Positions 47,401-58,852 of a stretch of 64,000 nt of DNA are shown one piece after another. The position numbers and the translations under genes were made by a program. The stretch comes from Azolla caroliniana (taxonomy: Eukaryota > Plantae > Polypodiophyta). The stretch covers positions 5,084,001 through 5,148,000 of the forward strand of contig JBHGNT010000015.1 in NCBI GenBank assembly GCA_043228905.1, written 5' to 3'. How positions within the stretch are numbered: the first letter of the stretch is position 1; each line of letters begins with the position of its first letter. The notes under the pieces were generated by a model that had not been told where the DNA came from, ran no database searches, and was given only the letters and a program-made list of their open reading frames with translations.

Positions 47401-48440
47401 GTGGACTTGTTTCCCCATACATTATTTTCTTAATAGTCCATATTGTAGACCCATCTTTCTCTCTATTAACAAAAAGGAAGATGGTAATAGTGATTATTTT
47501 TTTTATTTGTAGAGAATGTGAGGTTTTTCCTACCGATTAGCGGGGGTTTTACTCACATCTTTTTATTTTCTTTTTATTATATCTCTCTCATTGTCTATAG
47601 CCAAGAGATTGGCGAGAGAGCTTTTGTTTGTTAAGTACTGCCAATAAGTGCTTCGCCATAAATGGCTTAGCCTCTAACAAGGGGGAGGGCTAAATGTGAA
47701 AGTGTTTTTAGAATCTAAGCCATTGAACATTAGGAGAATATAAAGTATAGATAATTCACCTTTTGAGGATAAGAACACGAACTAAGACCTTAGGGAAGAA
47801 GTCAAAAGTAAAAGTACGAGACCAAGAGAAAAGTAAAAAGAGAAAACGCAGACTATAAAAAACAGTAAAAATAGAATGGTCATAACTCCCTCGTTGTTTA
47901 TCCAAATATCATGTTTAAATATGGATTAGAAAGCTTGTAAAAAGAGCTTTCTATAGCTTTTTAAATCGCTTAATTTGGATATCGGATGAGGGAGATATGA
48001 CGATTAGAAGGTTGATGTGTCATAGCTAAAAATAGGGAGATAAAAAGCTTCTAAAAATAGCATGAACGTGGATAAGAAGAGGAAGGTTATAAAGAAGAAG
48101 TAATATGAGTGAGAAGGGGCGAAGAGTGAAGGCCAAAGAGTGGATGAGGAGTGTTAGGAAGAAGTGTCTTTGTGGAAGAGGAAGTGTCTTAGAAGAGGAA
48201 GGTCTTTGGTTTTAGTTCAATGTGGAGTTTGTCTCCTTTGTATTCTCTTGATGTTGGAATATCAGAATATTCTTATTTCTTGCTCGCTTTCTCTATCTTT
48301 TTTCTTAGTTTCTTGAGTTATACTCTCTAATCATAATTACCTAGAGCTATATAATATATTATGATTTTCAACTCCATCTAATCGGTTTGATCAAGCCCTC
48401 ATATAGTGTATAACTATCTATTATCTTATACACTCTATCA
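41440..48440 (+). mobile_element. Intact Tat-type Ty3/gypsy element with an additional RNase H (746-bp LTRs at 41440-42185 and 47695-48440)
   Basis: TG...CA ends, TSD CTTGT (41435-41439 and 48441-48445), PBS TGGCGCTCCAGGGAGG (tRNA-Arg-like), PPT AAGGGGGAGGG. The LTRs are identical by eye. Confidence 0.97.
42274..47433 (+). CDS. Gag-Pol polyprotein of the Tat-type element (Gag, CCHC, PR, RT, degenerate RNase H, archaeal-type RNase H, IN), about 1719 aa
   Basis: Uninterrupted ORF; first ATG after the PBS is at 42274. Motifs: CYSCQEEGHISTRC, LVDSGA, FMDD, FFDGA...NNEAEY...GDS...NKEADALA, HHCC, WGIDAVGP, SDHG, NGAVE. Confidence 0.93.
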   Translation: MQFAFSGERTQDAGAFLASFEHHAVSIGRITDNEKLPLLVATFYGRARDWYDSLPPNQQGAYQLLVHQFRAKYIQRRSATEVREELFRLKMESPIGFTEYERNFKDLWTTWIRLRGGTEDEWFKMERFKMGLDMYFRLEANLKDPTSFQALIQVCQAYDRQVKMMSSLGDPQMTALGANLMPRANFQASSSIVHGGQVFPNVYTTTTINPTSISQEVEQVRSEQDTMALVNRRFDEVMTHLRQSQAIHNTIPDGGGSRGHHGVICYSCQEEGHISTRCPHGQQRGMGRGIYQVQRNGQRPNNNEVEGNVTLPMAQVPTIPHNVNLLNFIDDSDNSFEVAPVKRTRSSQKEKEVEGESSASRQKKKSKENEKEEKLRRRHSRRKIKMEDIPMGEGVEAFNLKHELISSGPRITWPQLLQLSPTLRKEWGRLASIRQSRKTVHYVGIVRVEDRKDIRPTIPVSIKGFHIKDALVDSGARVSLISEFVVNKVGIPISRSSSARVAVADGGVVHCIGIVEDVVIKCFGVSISMDFHVIPLKGPSYSLVLGRPWMQELNVVQDWSKGLMTITPSKGVSIHYDMRQQRLIEKEEDGITEYDSGSAYESDESEDSSSEWEMTTSYAVLKEEDDEGGLITMEQKEKMISKDLKGQERQQFINLISEFPNLFISDYAHIRGVDVIQHHINLKEGTTPVAQKLRRLGHVQKEALLKEVKALLRAQFIYPVEDSEWVSPIVVVPKKNGKWRVCVDYKPLNAATKRDHFPLPFQDEILDEIAGHEMYSVCDGYSGYFQIRIAEEDQKKTTFITPWGCFAYRCMPFGLTNAVFTFNRLAIHVFQPFFGKFVRVFMDDFAIYSSRKDHLEKVRSAFKRLEECKMQLNPEKCHIGEKEVVMLGHVVSQEGIKVDSSKIEAIQKMTTPTSIKDLEVFVQKVRYFERFIHMLAQILYPFRIILRTNNFLWTSTTEEQYVRIKELLCNAPILKPPDRTSTFFLSLSVGSHAIGAILMQQDSENRLMHPIYFISKAMSDVEKEFLEVEKWMLALIYACKKFRSFLLPHHFVIITSMSLLPYVLQHVSISARIAKWALLLAEFDFEVKLESTMRAELADLLTFRETFHEEDLVKLRKALPEPDMEDAFTLFFDGAFRKATNIAVGGIILKDPQGDRVKSEGITLSGVNSNNEAEYATLCYGLRLCKAMKIKRLILKGDSLLVIKQIQGNWKCQSDGLRNFYKEAMSLLRSFEKIQVKHVGRLYNKEADALAQAQLDKIKEGFVGVLETCKDVDSLEEVHNFLNKGEFPNNLNALQRKRLVAKASQYHLVGEDLYNKGKDGVLRRVPNKSEIIKILFKLHEEVCGGHLAHDIMIRKILLIGFTWPTIHRDVHDWCRSCDACQKAGIRHLQSGPLQPIVVFAPFEKWGIDAVGPLPKTQHGKEFILVAIDYMTKWVEAIATSSIKAKDVAQFVYKNICTRFGVPMEIVSDHGPGFRSEMLACLLSKLKIKHRYSTPYYPQANGAVEKVNGLIVKNLTKLVQDKVRTWDRYLDDTLWAYRVSYKSSTGFTPFYLVYGKEALLPIELEIKSNRLMEASHRSKGNDVMSRLASNHLLQYSREEAVEHYLNQAMKRKEAYDKKHKGNHIEEGSLVLRYDNRYDYIQGQKLDNKWEGPFVVHKKYDNGSYQLKDVDGALHSYRVNGWRLKKYVTRGPTYIPQVTNDIVDTDGWEQEVDLFPHTLFS

Positions 48441-48959
48441 CTTGTGATTTGCAGAAATTTATGAATTCCTTTGAGTGGTATTCTAGTTTGTGGTTAGTTA
48501 GATTTTCAGCGAGGTGAAGGTAATTTTTGAATGCAGATAGAGCTTGATTTTTTGTTTTTAAGAAAGTAATAATGGTGAATTTACTATAGTCGTCGATAAA
48601 GCTTATGAAGTATACTAATCCACGAATTGATTTTGTAGGAAAAGGGCCGTAGAGATCATTGTGGAAAAGTTGTAGGGGTTGACTACTTGTGGTTTGTTGG
48701 CTTGGAAAAGGATGTTGGGGCATTTTTCCAAGAATGCACCCTTCACAAATTTTCAAGTTTGTGAGGTGGGCTTTTGGAAGGCCTAATGCCATATTATGAA
48801 ATTTCATAATTTTTATGACTTGTAGACGAGTGTGTGCGAGTCGATGGTGCCACACATTCGTTAAAGTAGATTGTTCATTTGTTGATGTATAGTGTGCTTC
48901 TAATGTGATGGCTATGGGTGTGCATGGGATGCGATAGAGTCCGTCGTCTAGATGTTTAC

Positions 48960-51900
48960 TATTAGAGACATGTACTAATGTAAGCATTAGATAAGGATAG
49001 AATATAGATCTAGATAGACAGGAGAGAGAGAAAGAAGGGTGCCGATCCACCTGATCCACCCTCGATCGGCGTCCCATACCACCGTCGTGGCGTCGAGTCG
49101 TACCTGGTGCTGGAGCACTCGCTACAAGAGTTGACCCACCACAAGACAGAGTCTCGACGTAGTCAACCAGATGATGAAATGAGGGTAGTTAGGCCTCTTA
49201 TTTATAGCGATACCCAAGGCCCCCAGGCAAGTTCACACTTGGCCTAATGGGTTGTCTCAATCCCGAGGATTAAAAGTAATCCTCCCCTTCTTTTCACTCT
49301 CGTTAACCCTCACACTTATCCACGTGTATAGAATACTACGGTAAATTCTCACCACGGGATATTATATGGTCATGCCCGTAACATACTACGATAAAGTTAG
49401 GGAAGTTAGTTCCGAGAGTATTTTCGCGTTCCCATGTGGCATCTTTTATTGATTTATCCATCCATTTGATTTTAAATTCTCGGATTTCTTTAGTACGTAA
49501 TTTTTTTGTTTTAACATCGAGAATTCTTTTTGGTACATGTGGTTCAAAAGATAATTCTTCAGAAGTAACCAGAGTTTCAGTTGTAATTGTATTGTCGCCA
49601 GAACCTAGAAGTTCTTTTAGATAACTCACATGAAAGACTGGATGAATTCCAACACCATCGGGAAGAGCGAGACGATAGGCTGATGACCCAATGTGTTTGA
49701 GGACCATAAAAGGTTCACAAAAATGTGGGGCTAACTTAGCGCACTTACTCTTAGACAATGTCTTAGAATTGTGAGGTACACGTAAAAATATCTTCTATCC
49801 AGGGTTGAATACACGAGGTTGCCTATGATGATCGGCATAAAAACGCACTCTATCTTGAGCTGTTTTTATATTATCTCGTGCAATATGCAACATATCTTGC
49901 ATATACCGAAGAAAGTTTTGCGTACTTCGCAACTCATCATGATGTATATTAATATCAATCGGGGGGCTCATGGCTTAAAACCATACATCAACATAAAAGG
50001 ACTATATCCCGTCGACCTATGCTTGGAGTTGTTATAAGAAAACTCCAAAATTGGGAGATAACGTTCCCATTTAGTTGGTTTTGCACTAACGTATTCTCGA
50101 AGCATGTCCTCAATAATTTGATTTACTCGTTCTATCTGTCCATTGGATTGAGGATGATCCATGGAGCTCATGCTCAACATTGTTTCTAATTTCTTAAAGA
50201 CTTGTGTCCAAAAGTCACTAGTAAACTTTGGATCTTGATCACTCACGATATCCATCGATAACCCATAAAAACGAAATAACTCGTCAATGAATCGGTAAGC
50301 CAATTCAGGAGCTGTTACCATGGGTTTAGTAGCAATAAATCTGACCATTTTAGTTAGTCTGTCAACCACAACCCAGATGGCATCAGGCCCTTTTTGGGTG
50401 CGAGGAATGCTAACAATAAAATCCATGGATATACTTTCTCACTTATTATTGGGAATGTCCAAGGGATGTAAAAGTCCTGCGGCTTTAAGTCGCTCGGCTT
50501 TGTTAACCTGACATTGGTGATATTTAGTCATATAAGTATGTATGTCAGGACGCATCTTAGGGCAATAGAATTGAGTGGAGATGAGAACGACTGTGCGATG
50601 TATTACAGGGTGCCCTGCTGAACGTGCATCATGGCATTAAAAAAGAATTCTCTTTTTTACCTCAGGCAAATCTAGAACACAAACCTTCCCATTACAGTAG
50701 AGCAGACCGTTAGCAATGTGGAAGTATTCCTTCGAGGATGTGGTGGTGTCTATTCCAGACTCAACTCTTGCCCAGTATTTCGCAAAATAACTGTCATCAG
50801 GATACTTTCCTCGAAGGTGATCATAAAGATCTGATGATATTTCAGTGAAGCTAAGCATGTTAACTTCACGGATGCAACTTAGTGCATCAGCGACAGTGTT
50901 CATGGAACCTTCACGATATCGTATGGAAAAATCAAAGTCCTGGATGCGATCAACCCATCATGCCTTACGACCTTTCAGGTCTTGTTGGTCACAAAAATAT
51001 TTCAAGGACTCGTGGTCTGTAGTTTACCACAAAGTGATTTCCATAAAGATAATGGCGCCATGTTTTGAGTGCATGTATAACTGCAAATAATTCCTTTTCT
51101 TGAACGGTATACCGACATTGAGCAGAATCAAGTTTCTTACTCTCAAATGCTATTGGTTTACCATCTTGATATAAGACAACACCTATAGCATAATCGCTTG
51201 CATCGGTTTCAACCTCAAAAGGTTTTGAAGGATCAGGTAAAAGAAGTGAAGGAGCCTTGCACACCAGGTCCTTGAGTTCCTTAAAGGTGAGGTCTAGTGT
51301 AGCATTCCAGACAATAGGTTTTGTAGACTTACGCGTTTGACCTTTTAGAAGATCAGTAAACGACGTTGTCAATTGGGAGTAATTACCAAGGGATTCTCAC
51401 AAAAACCCTACAAAACCAAGGAATAATCGAACTTCTCGAATGTTCCGAAGAGTGGGCCAAAGCTTGATTTTCTCGATGCGAGAAGGATCAATTTCAAGTC
51501 CTCGTTCGGTTATGAGATGTCCAAGATAAGTAATTGATTTCTTGAAGAACTCCCATTTTGAGATCTTCGCATAAAACTGTTTGTCACGCAATGTTTGTAA
51601 AACAAAGCGGACATGTTTGGCATGTTCTTGTAATGTACAGCTATAAAATAAAATATCATCCAAGAAAATAACGACAAATTTTCTAAGATGTTCTCAAAAA
51701 ATGTCATTCATTTCTTGTTGAAATGTAGCCGGAGCATTGGTCAAACCAAAAGGCATAACCAAAAACTCATAATGGCCATAGCATGCACGAAATGCCGTTT
51801 TAGGAACATCGTCCTCACTTATACGAATTTGATGGTTGCTAGTACGGAGATCAAGTTTCGTAAAATACCGAGCTCCTTGGAGACGGTCAATTAGATTGTC

Positions 51901-54900
51901 AGCCCGGGGCAATGGATACGAATTCTTGATCGTCACTTTATTCAAGCGTCGGTAATTAATACACATACGCCATGTGCCCTCTTTCTTTTTAACCAAGAGA
52001 ACTAGTGCACCCGATCGAGATTTACTATAACGTATATAACCCATTCGTAAATAGTCCTTGAGTTGCTTAGCTACCTCATCCTCTTCAAATCGACTTAAGG
52101 GATAAGGAGGTACACTTATTGGTGCAACGCCAGGTACAATATCTATACGATGGTTTATATTACGTTTAGGAGGTAACCCATCTGGTAGTTCACTCAGAAA
52201 AACATCACGAAAATCATTTAAGATTTCATCAAGTTGTTGTTGTTCAAAATATGTTAATTGAACAAAGACATTATCGATATTGTAAACGCGAATGTCCGGA
52301 TCAAGTACACAATAAAATAGAGTAGAACAAGACAACTCGGATATTGATGGAGAGGAAACAATCGAGAGGGATTGTTTTTTTACACATTGAATAAAATGAG
52401 TACAATCGTTCAGTACAAATGTTATTGAATGATGAACCCAATCAATAAATAAAGAAGAGTTTTTATTATAAAACCAAGGATAACCCCGTATTACATCGGT
52501 GGTACAAAGATTCATTACATGGAAGTCCACTTCCTCTATATAAGTATCAATAGAAATTCCTAATGAATGAATCGTCGCGTTGATGTATTGTACTCTTCCA
52601 TCAGCCAAGTGCACCGTGTAGGTGTGATCACTTACGGTGGGTTGGATTCCCCATATCTGAACCAAATGATCATTGACAAAGTTGTGTGAGCTTCCCGAAT
52701 CAAATAAAAATTGTATGGGAGATCCATTGATATACTCGTTTGCACGTAGTAAATCATTGAGACCCAATACATAGTGAGGGAAAGAACATTGACAATTACT
52801 TAAATGATGTGTATAGACCTGAAGGACATTAGGAATCTGACCTTTATGGTCTGCAACTTTAGCTTTGTTGTCATGCTCTTTCCGTTAGAGCTTTCGACAT
52901 TGCTCTTTTGTATGACCCTTCTTTTTGAAGAATACGCAAAAAGGATGTTGTCGCTTACAATTGCGATCCATGAATTCATTGGGGGTCTTGCGTTTCCCAG
53001 CGAATTGCGATTGCTTAGTCCCGGGCGCTTCGTTGGGTTTGTTGTGGTCCTTCTTCGAAGTGCGTTGATAGCGAAGAACTATTTCAACCGCCTCTTCGAA
53101 GGATTTTGGATCCTTATCGTGCACTATCCAATGATAGTCCGAATTGGGGATGCCATTGACAAAACAAGCTATTAACCAATTGTCCCCTTCTAGACCCGAT
53201 TTTTGGATTTGGGTTCTAACATGGTGGACATAGTCTTCTAGCGAGGAAAACTTCTTGCTAGAGAGGTTCATTAAAGCTTGAGCTACCTCGGTTCAAGAGG
53301 GAGGTTGCAGAAATTGGCCCTTGAAAACTGTGACAAAATCTGTCCAGGTATCGAGCAATTTCCCCAAAGTACGAAGCCCACGCCACCAGGCGGCGGCCTT
53401 ACCCCCTAGTTCTCAGCTGACATATGCTATCTTCGTACTATCTAACATGGGATAGAGCTCAAAATGCGACTCCCATCGGCCCAGCCACGTGCAGATTGCT
53501 TCTTCGGTTCTTTCCTTTTTGTCTCCCGTAAATGGCTTAACGACAAATGATGGTTCACCTTCCCGCTCATCAGGTCTATTAGTGTCACGTTGTAAACTAA
53601 TGCCACGTGCCTCGAGACCACTTTGAGATTGCCGAAGTTCGGTCATCTGTTGAGCGGTGAAACTAAGGTATTGGCTTATTTGCGAAAAATACATCTCAAT
53701 GGACATTTGTCCAGGAGGATTCCCTTGAGTTCCTTCCACTTGAGCGGATGCCATCGGGTCGTTATTTTGAGCCATTAAATGATTATTTCTGAAAAGAAAT
53801 AGGATAAGGTCAGAGAGATAGTCATAACATCATGTCGTGATGTAAACATATCATGGGCGAACATTAATCGATATCATTATCTCACGTCAATACCCCTCTA
53901 GACGTATGAGATGAGGTTCAAGATCAGGTTACTATGGTAACACAAAGGTGTTTTAAAACCCATGGGGGTGACAATTTAATGTCTTTCCCTGGTCTCTATA
54001 GTGATTTTTTCATGGCGGCTCCCCGAGGCTCAACCATGTATGTTCGTGTCATGAATAGTTTATCCACGAAAAAAATGTTAACAATAAACTATGTTTCTGT
54101 GCCCACATATGTGGTTTCGGATCTTTACGTCATATTACGAGGACCCCGAAGTGCACTTAGACCTTAAGTCTAAACATGTGTTATAGTCATATGTATCAAC
54201 GATGTTGTATGGTCTTGGTCATATTTGAACTCGAGATCCCGAGAACAAATGCATTAAACACTGAGCCAACCCAGTAGATTGCTCTTCTTTGAATGTTTAA
54301 TGTTTCATGCGTATAAGAGATATGCAAGGCATTTGCCCATATATGTTTTTTTAAAAGAAACATATATTTCAAGAGTCTTTATTTCCCCCTCGTTTACTAC
54401 AAAATATGTTGGTACGTTACCTAACCTCAAGTCTCGTAATTACGATGGCATACGCCAAAGTGCAACCTAATGGTCAAGCCAAATGAGCCCTCTTTTCGTA
54501 GTAGGCCCACGTGGCGCATCACATGGTCACGTCATTACGAATGCATCTCGTAAGAATGATCTCATGGTGGCATTGCATCCATGTAATGAGGGAGGGATGT
54601 TGGATACGTGTGTCATAGGAGCGACCTCACATGAAGTGGGTCAAGCCCTACGTACTCAACATCATTATGGCTATAGGCGTTTCTTTACGTAACGAAATAT
54701 CGAAGTCACCAACGGGGATTTCAACAATGAGAAATTGTTGAAAAAAGGGATGGTCTCACAAAAATGTGAGGATGGCCACCAAGATCCTTTCCCCGAAAAG
54801 GAAAACATTCGATATAAAGATCACGTAATATCAAATATACACATATATTTATTTATCACATATATACGATCAAATACGTATACATGTGACCACATATGTG

Positions 54901-55919
54901 TATATTAAAAAAAATCGTAACATTAAATAGCTAACATATGATGAAATCGAGACACGTAATCGAGGCATATACCTCTAAGCACACGAGACATCCAAAAATA
55001 AGGGTTAATCGTAATACGCAATTGAGGTATTGACCTCTTACGCATACGAGACCAAACGCATATCTTTTACAACAAATCGAGGTATTGACCTCATACGCAA
55101 ACGTAACATGTGTTTGTGAATGTAATACACAATTGAGGTATTAACCTCGTGCGCATACGACAGTCATCACATATTCAATATACGTCAAATGAGGCATTGA
55201 CCTCATACACATATGTAAACGTTTTATACAACCAATGAATTAACACTACAACATCATTGAATTAATGAAAAAAATCTACATATTCACCATACACATGATT
55301 CGATGGGAGAAGAAAAAATAGACAAAAAAAACCAAGAAAGATTACCAATGTTCCTTTGTTGATCCTTGTCTGCATAAAGGCCGACCGCACGTAGATCGAT
55401 CGTCATCAATCAAGACAACAAAAGACAACAAAAGAAACATTAGAAAATGAGCTCTGATACCAACTATTAGAGACATGTACTAATGTAAGCATTAGATAAG
55501 GATAGAATATAGATCTAGATAGAAAGGAGAGAGAGAAAGAAGGGTGGCGATCCACCCAACCACCCCCGAGCGAAGGGATTGAGACAGACTCGAGCCTCGA
55601 TCGGCGTCCCATACCACCGCCGTGGCATCGAGTCGTAATTGGTGCTGGTGCGCTCGCTACAAGAGTTGACCCACCACAAGACAGAGTCTCAACGTAGTCA
55701 ACTAGATGATGAAATGAGGGTAGCTAGGCCTCTTATTTATAGCGATACCCAAGGCCCCAAGGCAAGTTCACACTTGGCCTAATGGGTTGTCTCAATCCCG
55801 AGGATTAAAAGTAATCCTCCCCTTCTTTACACTCTCGTTTAACCCTTACACTTATCCATGTGTATAGAATACTACGGTAAAATCTCACCACGGGATATTA
55901 TATGGTCATGCCCGTAACA
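48960..55919 (-). mobile_element. Chromovirus copy 2 (same family as 28065-35084), older and frameshifted; LTRs at 55465-55919 and 48960-49383
   Basis: TSD TTTAC (48955-48959 and 55920-55924), PBS TGGTATCAGAGC (55451-55462, minus). ORF fragments 53413-53775 through 49336-49758 are nearly identical to copy 1. The 3' LTR has a ~31-bp deletion. Confidence 0.96.
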
Positions 55920-57242
55920 TTTACAAATGTATTTAGTTATCTGTCCATTCGGGGTTTTATGCTTAATTTGTGCATATGTTTCTTCGAACTTTATGGAGGT
56001 GCCATTTTTGGTTGCTTGACAGACGGATAGTAGGTTTTTTGTGATTCCAGGAACAAAATATACATTGTCTACTATAAGAACTTCGTTGTTTTCCAGGAAG
56101 AGGTTTACGTCTCCTTTTCCTAAAGCATTTAGCCTACCATTATTACCAAACACGACGGGGATTGGTGATGATAAGGTGTTATAATGTTTTATGGATTTTC
56201 TATTATTTGTCATGTGATGGGTGGCACCGGTATTGAAATACCAGGTATTGTCAGATTTCTGTTTTGTATCGATTCCTGCTGTTAAAGCTTCGACAAGGAA
56301 TGCTTGCATAAGATCGTCATAACCATCGTCAATTTTTTCATTATTTGTTTCAGTTGGGTATGATTCATCTTCTGAAATTTCTTCAGCTAAGTGGGCTTCT
56401 ACTCGAGATCTAGATCTTTGATATGGTTGTTTAATTCTGGTTTGTCTAAACCTACATTGATTGTTTGTATGTCCAAGTTTCTTGCAGATGGTGGATAAAA
56501 TTTGTGAGAACCTAAGGCCTCCAGTTTGTGATCTAAAATTTTCTGGGTAATATGTGGGCTTGTATTCTGTTCTTTGATTTTGAGAGGGTTGTTTGTTATG
56601 GTATGCTATCATTGCTAATGTGTGTTGTGTTTGTTCCGGTCGGCGTGCCTTTTTCATTGCCTCTTCTTGTCTTATACAATTTATGAGGTCAATGAGAGTT
56701 GTGTTTGTGTTAAAATTTTGGGTGGTGACGAAAGTGCTCCATGATGGTGGCAATGCACCTAATAGGAGAAGTCTTTGCAACTTTGACTCTAATTCAACTC
56801 TAGACGTAAGACAATCATCTAGTTTGCGTTTCCATGAGTTTATAAATGCACACATATCCTCTTCTTCTTGCATCTTTAAAATTACTAATGAGTTTAGAGT
56901 CATGACCTGATTTCCGTCTGTAGTTGGTTCAAATTCGTTTTTCAAGTCGATCCACATGGCGTTTGCAGTGCAACAATTTATGACCGCGTCAGCTTGTTGG
57001 TCCTCTAGATTCGACTTAATTTCTAACTTTGCTGCCAGATCTTTTTCTTCCCATGCAGCGTAGTTCGGGTCTGACGTTGTGGGTTGTGTCTCTCTGCCCT
57101 CAACAACTGCCCATAATTTTAGTTGTTTGAATATGAGGGTCATTTTGCTACTCCAGACTCTATAGTTGGTGCTATTCAATTTGGTAATTGTTGTTTTTCT
57201 ATACAAGAGGTTTTGGGATGATGAAGGAGTTGCCTCAGCCAT
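55920..57242 (-). pseudogene. Copia gag-protease region, cut by the chromovirus insertion
   Basis: KLNSTNYRVW, UBN2-like gag LLLGALPPSW, a decayed knuckle (ICKKLGHTNNQC) and protease WYFNTGATHHM with the catalytic D changed to N. Confidence 0.88.
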
Positions 57243-57395
57243 GGTTGAATAAAAAATTCAGAACTAGGAATGTACAGGTATTTAAAAAATTCAATTTGGT
57301 AATTGTTGTTTTTCTATACAAGAGGTTTTGGGATGATGAAGGAGTTTCCTGAGCCATGGTTGAATAAAAAATTCAGAACAAGGAATGTACAAGAA
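57176..57395. repeat. 115-bp tandem duplication spanning the copia gag start codon
   Basis: TCAATTTGGTAATTGTTG...GCCATGGTTGAATAAAAAATTCAGAAC starts at 57176 and 57291. Confidence 0.9.
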
Positions 57396-58736
57396 TTGTG
57401 GTCCACAAAGCATTTTGTTGACTCTGTTTGCTGTTTCTCTACGAGGTCTTTGAGAAGGGGAAGAAATCTTGAGTGATTTGTTGATTTTGTTCTCTGTTTC
57501 TCTATAATTCCATATGGAACCTTGCTCTGATACCATCTAGAGAAACAGAGACAGGGAGATAGAGAAAGAAAGAAGGATGAATTCTGAATTTTAGATTTCC
57601 TGTTTCTCTTCTCTCCTCAATTAGAGAGTGTGATGTTTTCATATAGGATACATGTGACTCTTCGTATCAAGAGTCATAACTGTTTATTTTAATTATTTTA
57701 CAATTTTATTCTTTTCCTTATATTTGCCAACAATTCTATCAACAGAATAGTGGTTGGAGATTGGAGTCGTCGAATTTGCTCTATGGTTATCTAAACACAA
57801 CTAGCCATAACACAAATAATGAATTACTATATACTATATGATCGACTATTAACTATAGGTATTCTGAGTAAGAGAATTCTGAATAGAAACACAGAATATA
57901 CTCTAACTAACAAAATTATATTCAAAACTATAGCAAATTATACAAATCAATCATGTTACGATGCTCTCGGCCCCTTCTTAAAGGTGGCCTGAAAGTCCTT
58001 TCAAGAATTGTACAACTGCCTATTCAGCAAAAATCCTACGGTTACACTAACTGTCCTAATTTTTACTTGGCAATAATATTATTTCGACTATTTCTTTTCC
58101 CATTAGTCCTCTACGACTATGACTACGACTAGCTTGACGACTTATAGACTTGGCTAGCCGACCAGCTAACAAGAGGCATTCGATAATGTCCGATGTAAGA
58201 ACGATAAAAAAAATGTTATTGGCGCAATTATAGAATATAGGAATGGTTTGAATAAGTTTGAGGAAACTAAAGTTGATTGGCATTGGGGATAGCGTTAATA
58301 GCATACTCTTGAAAAATGGTTAGGAGTTAAGAATAAAATGTTCTTGAACTAGTAAACACAAAAGACATCAAAATTGCAAGTTCTGTCAAAGTTTGTGCTT
58401 AACAAGTAAAGCCAAGGAGGCCCAATATGAGTGGATTGATGGAACAAATGATGCTTCAGAATTAATGAGGCTGAATTTTAGAAAACGATGGTGTACTACA
58501 CCGATGGTTGCAAAAATTGGAGTGGATATACGGTGGCAGTACATAGTACCGAGATGGTTGTTCCCCCTTCCCATTAGATGATAGAGGGGCATGAATGACA
58601 TGAGAAACATGGAGAACAACATGTGGGCTATTGAGTGTAAGATAAATAAGTGAGGTAGCCTATGTGGAAGCAGATAATGACTAAAGTTGTGTATTGTATG
58701 TCATTTTAACTAATGAAGTATATTCTTATTTGTAAA

Positions 58737-58769
<33 letters not shown>

Positions 58770-58852
58770 AGCCAAGGAAACCCTAAGATAACTAATGCAT
58801 GAGGATTATGCTAGGTTGTTCCCTCTCACATGGAGGAAGAGGTCCAAATATT

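Larger units (their letters stand above)
38291..57732 (-). mobile_element. Ty1/copia element with ~200-bp LTRs (57536-57732 and 38291-38492), carrying two nested insertions
   Basis: PBS TGGTATCAGAGC (57524-57535, minus), PPT at 38493-38501, TSD GTTCT/ATTCT (1 mismatch). Domain order gag-PR (55920-57242), IN (48446-48955 and 40868-41435), RT (39110-40363, FKARLVARGF, YVDD), RNase H (38513-39010). Confidence 0.93.
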
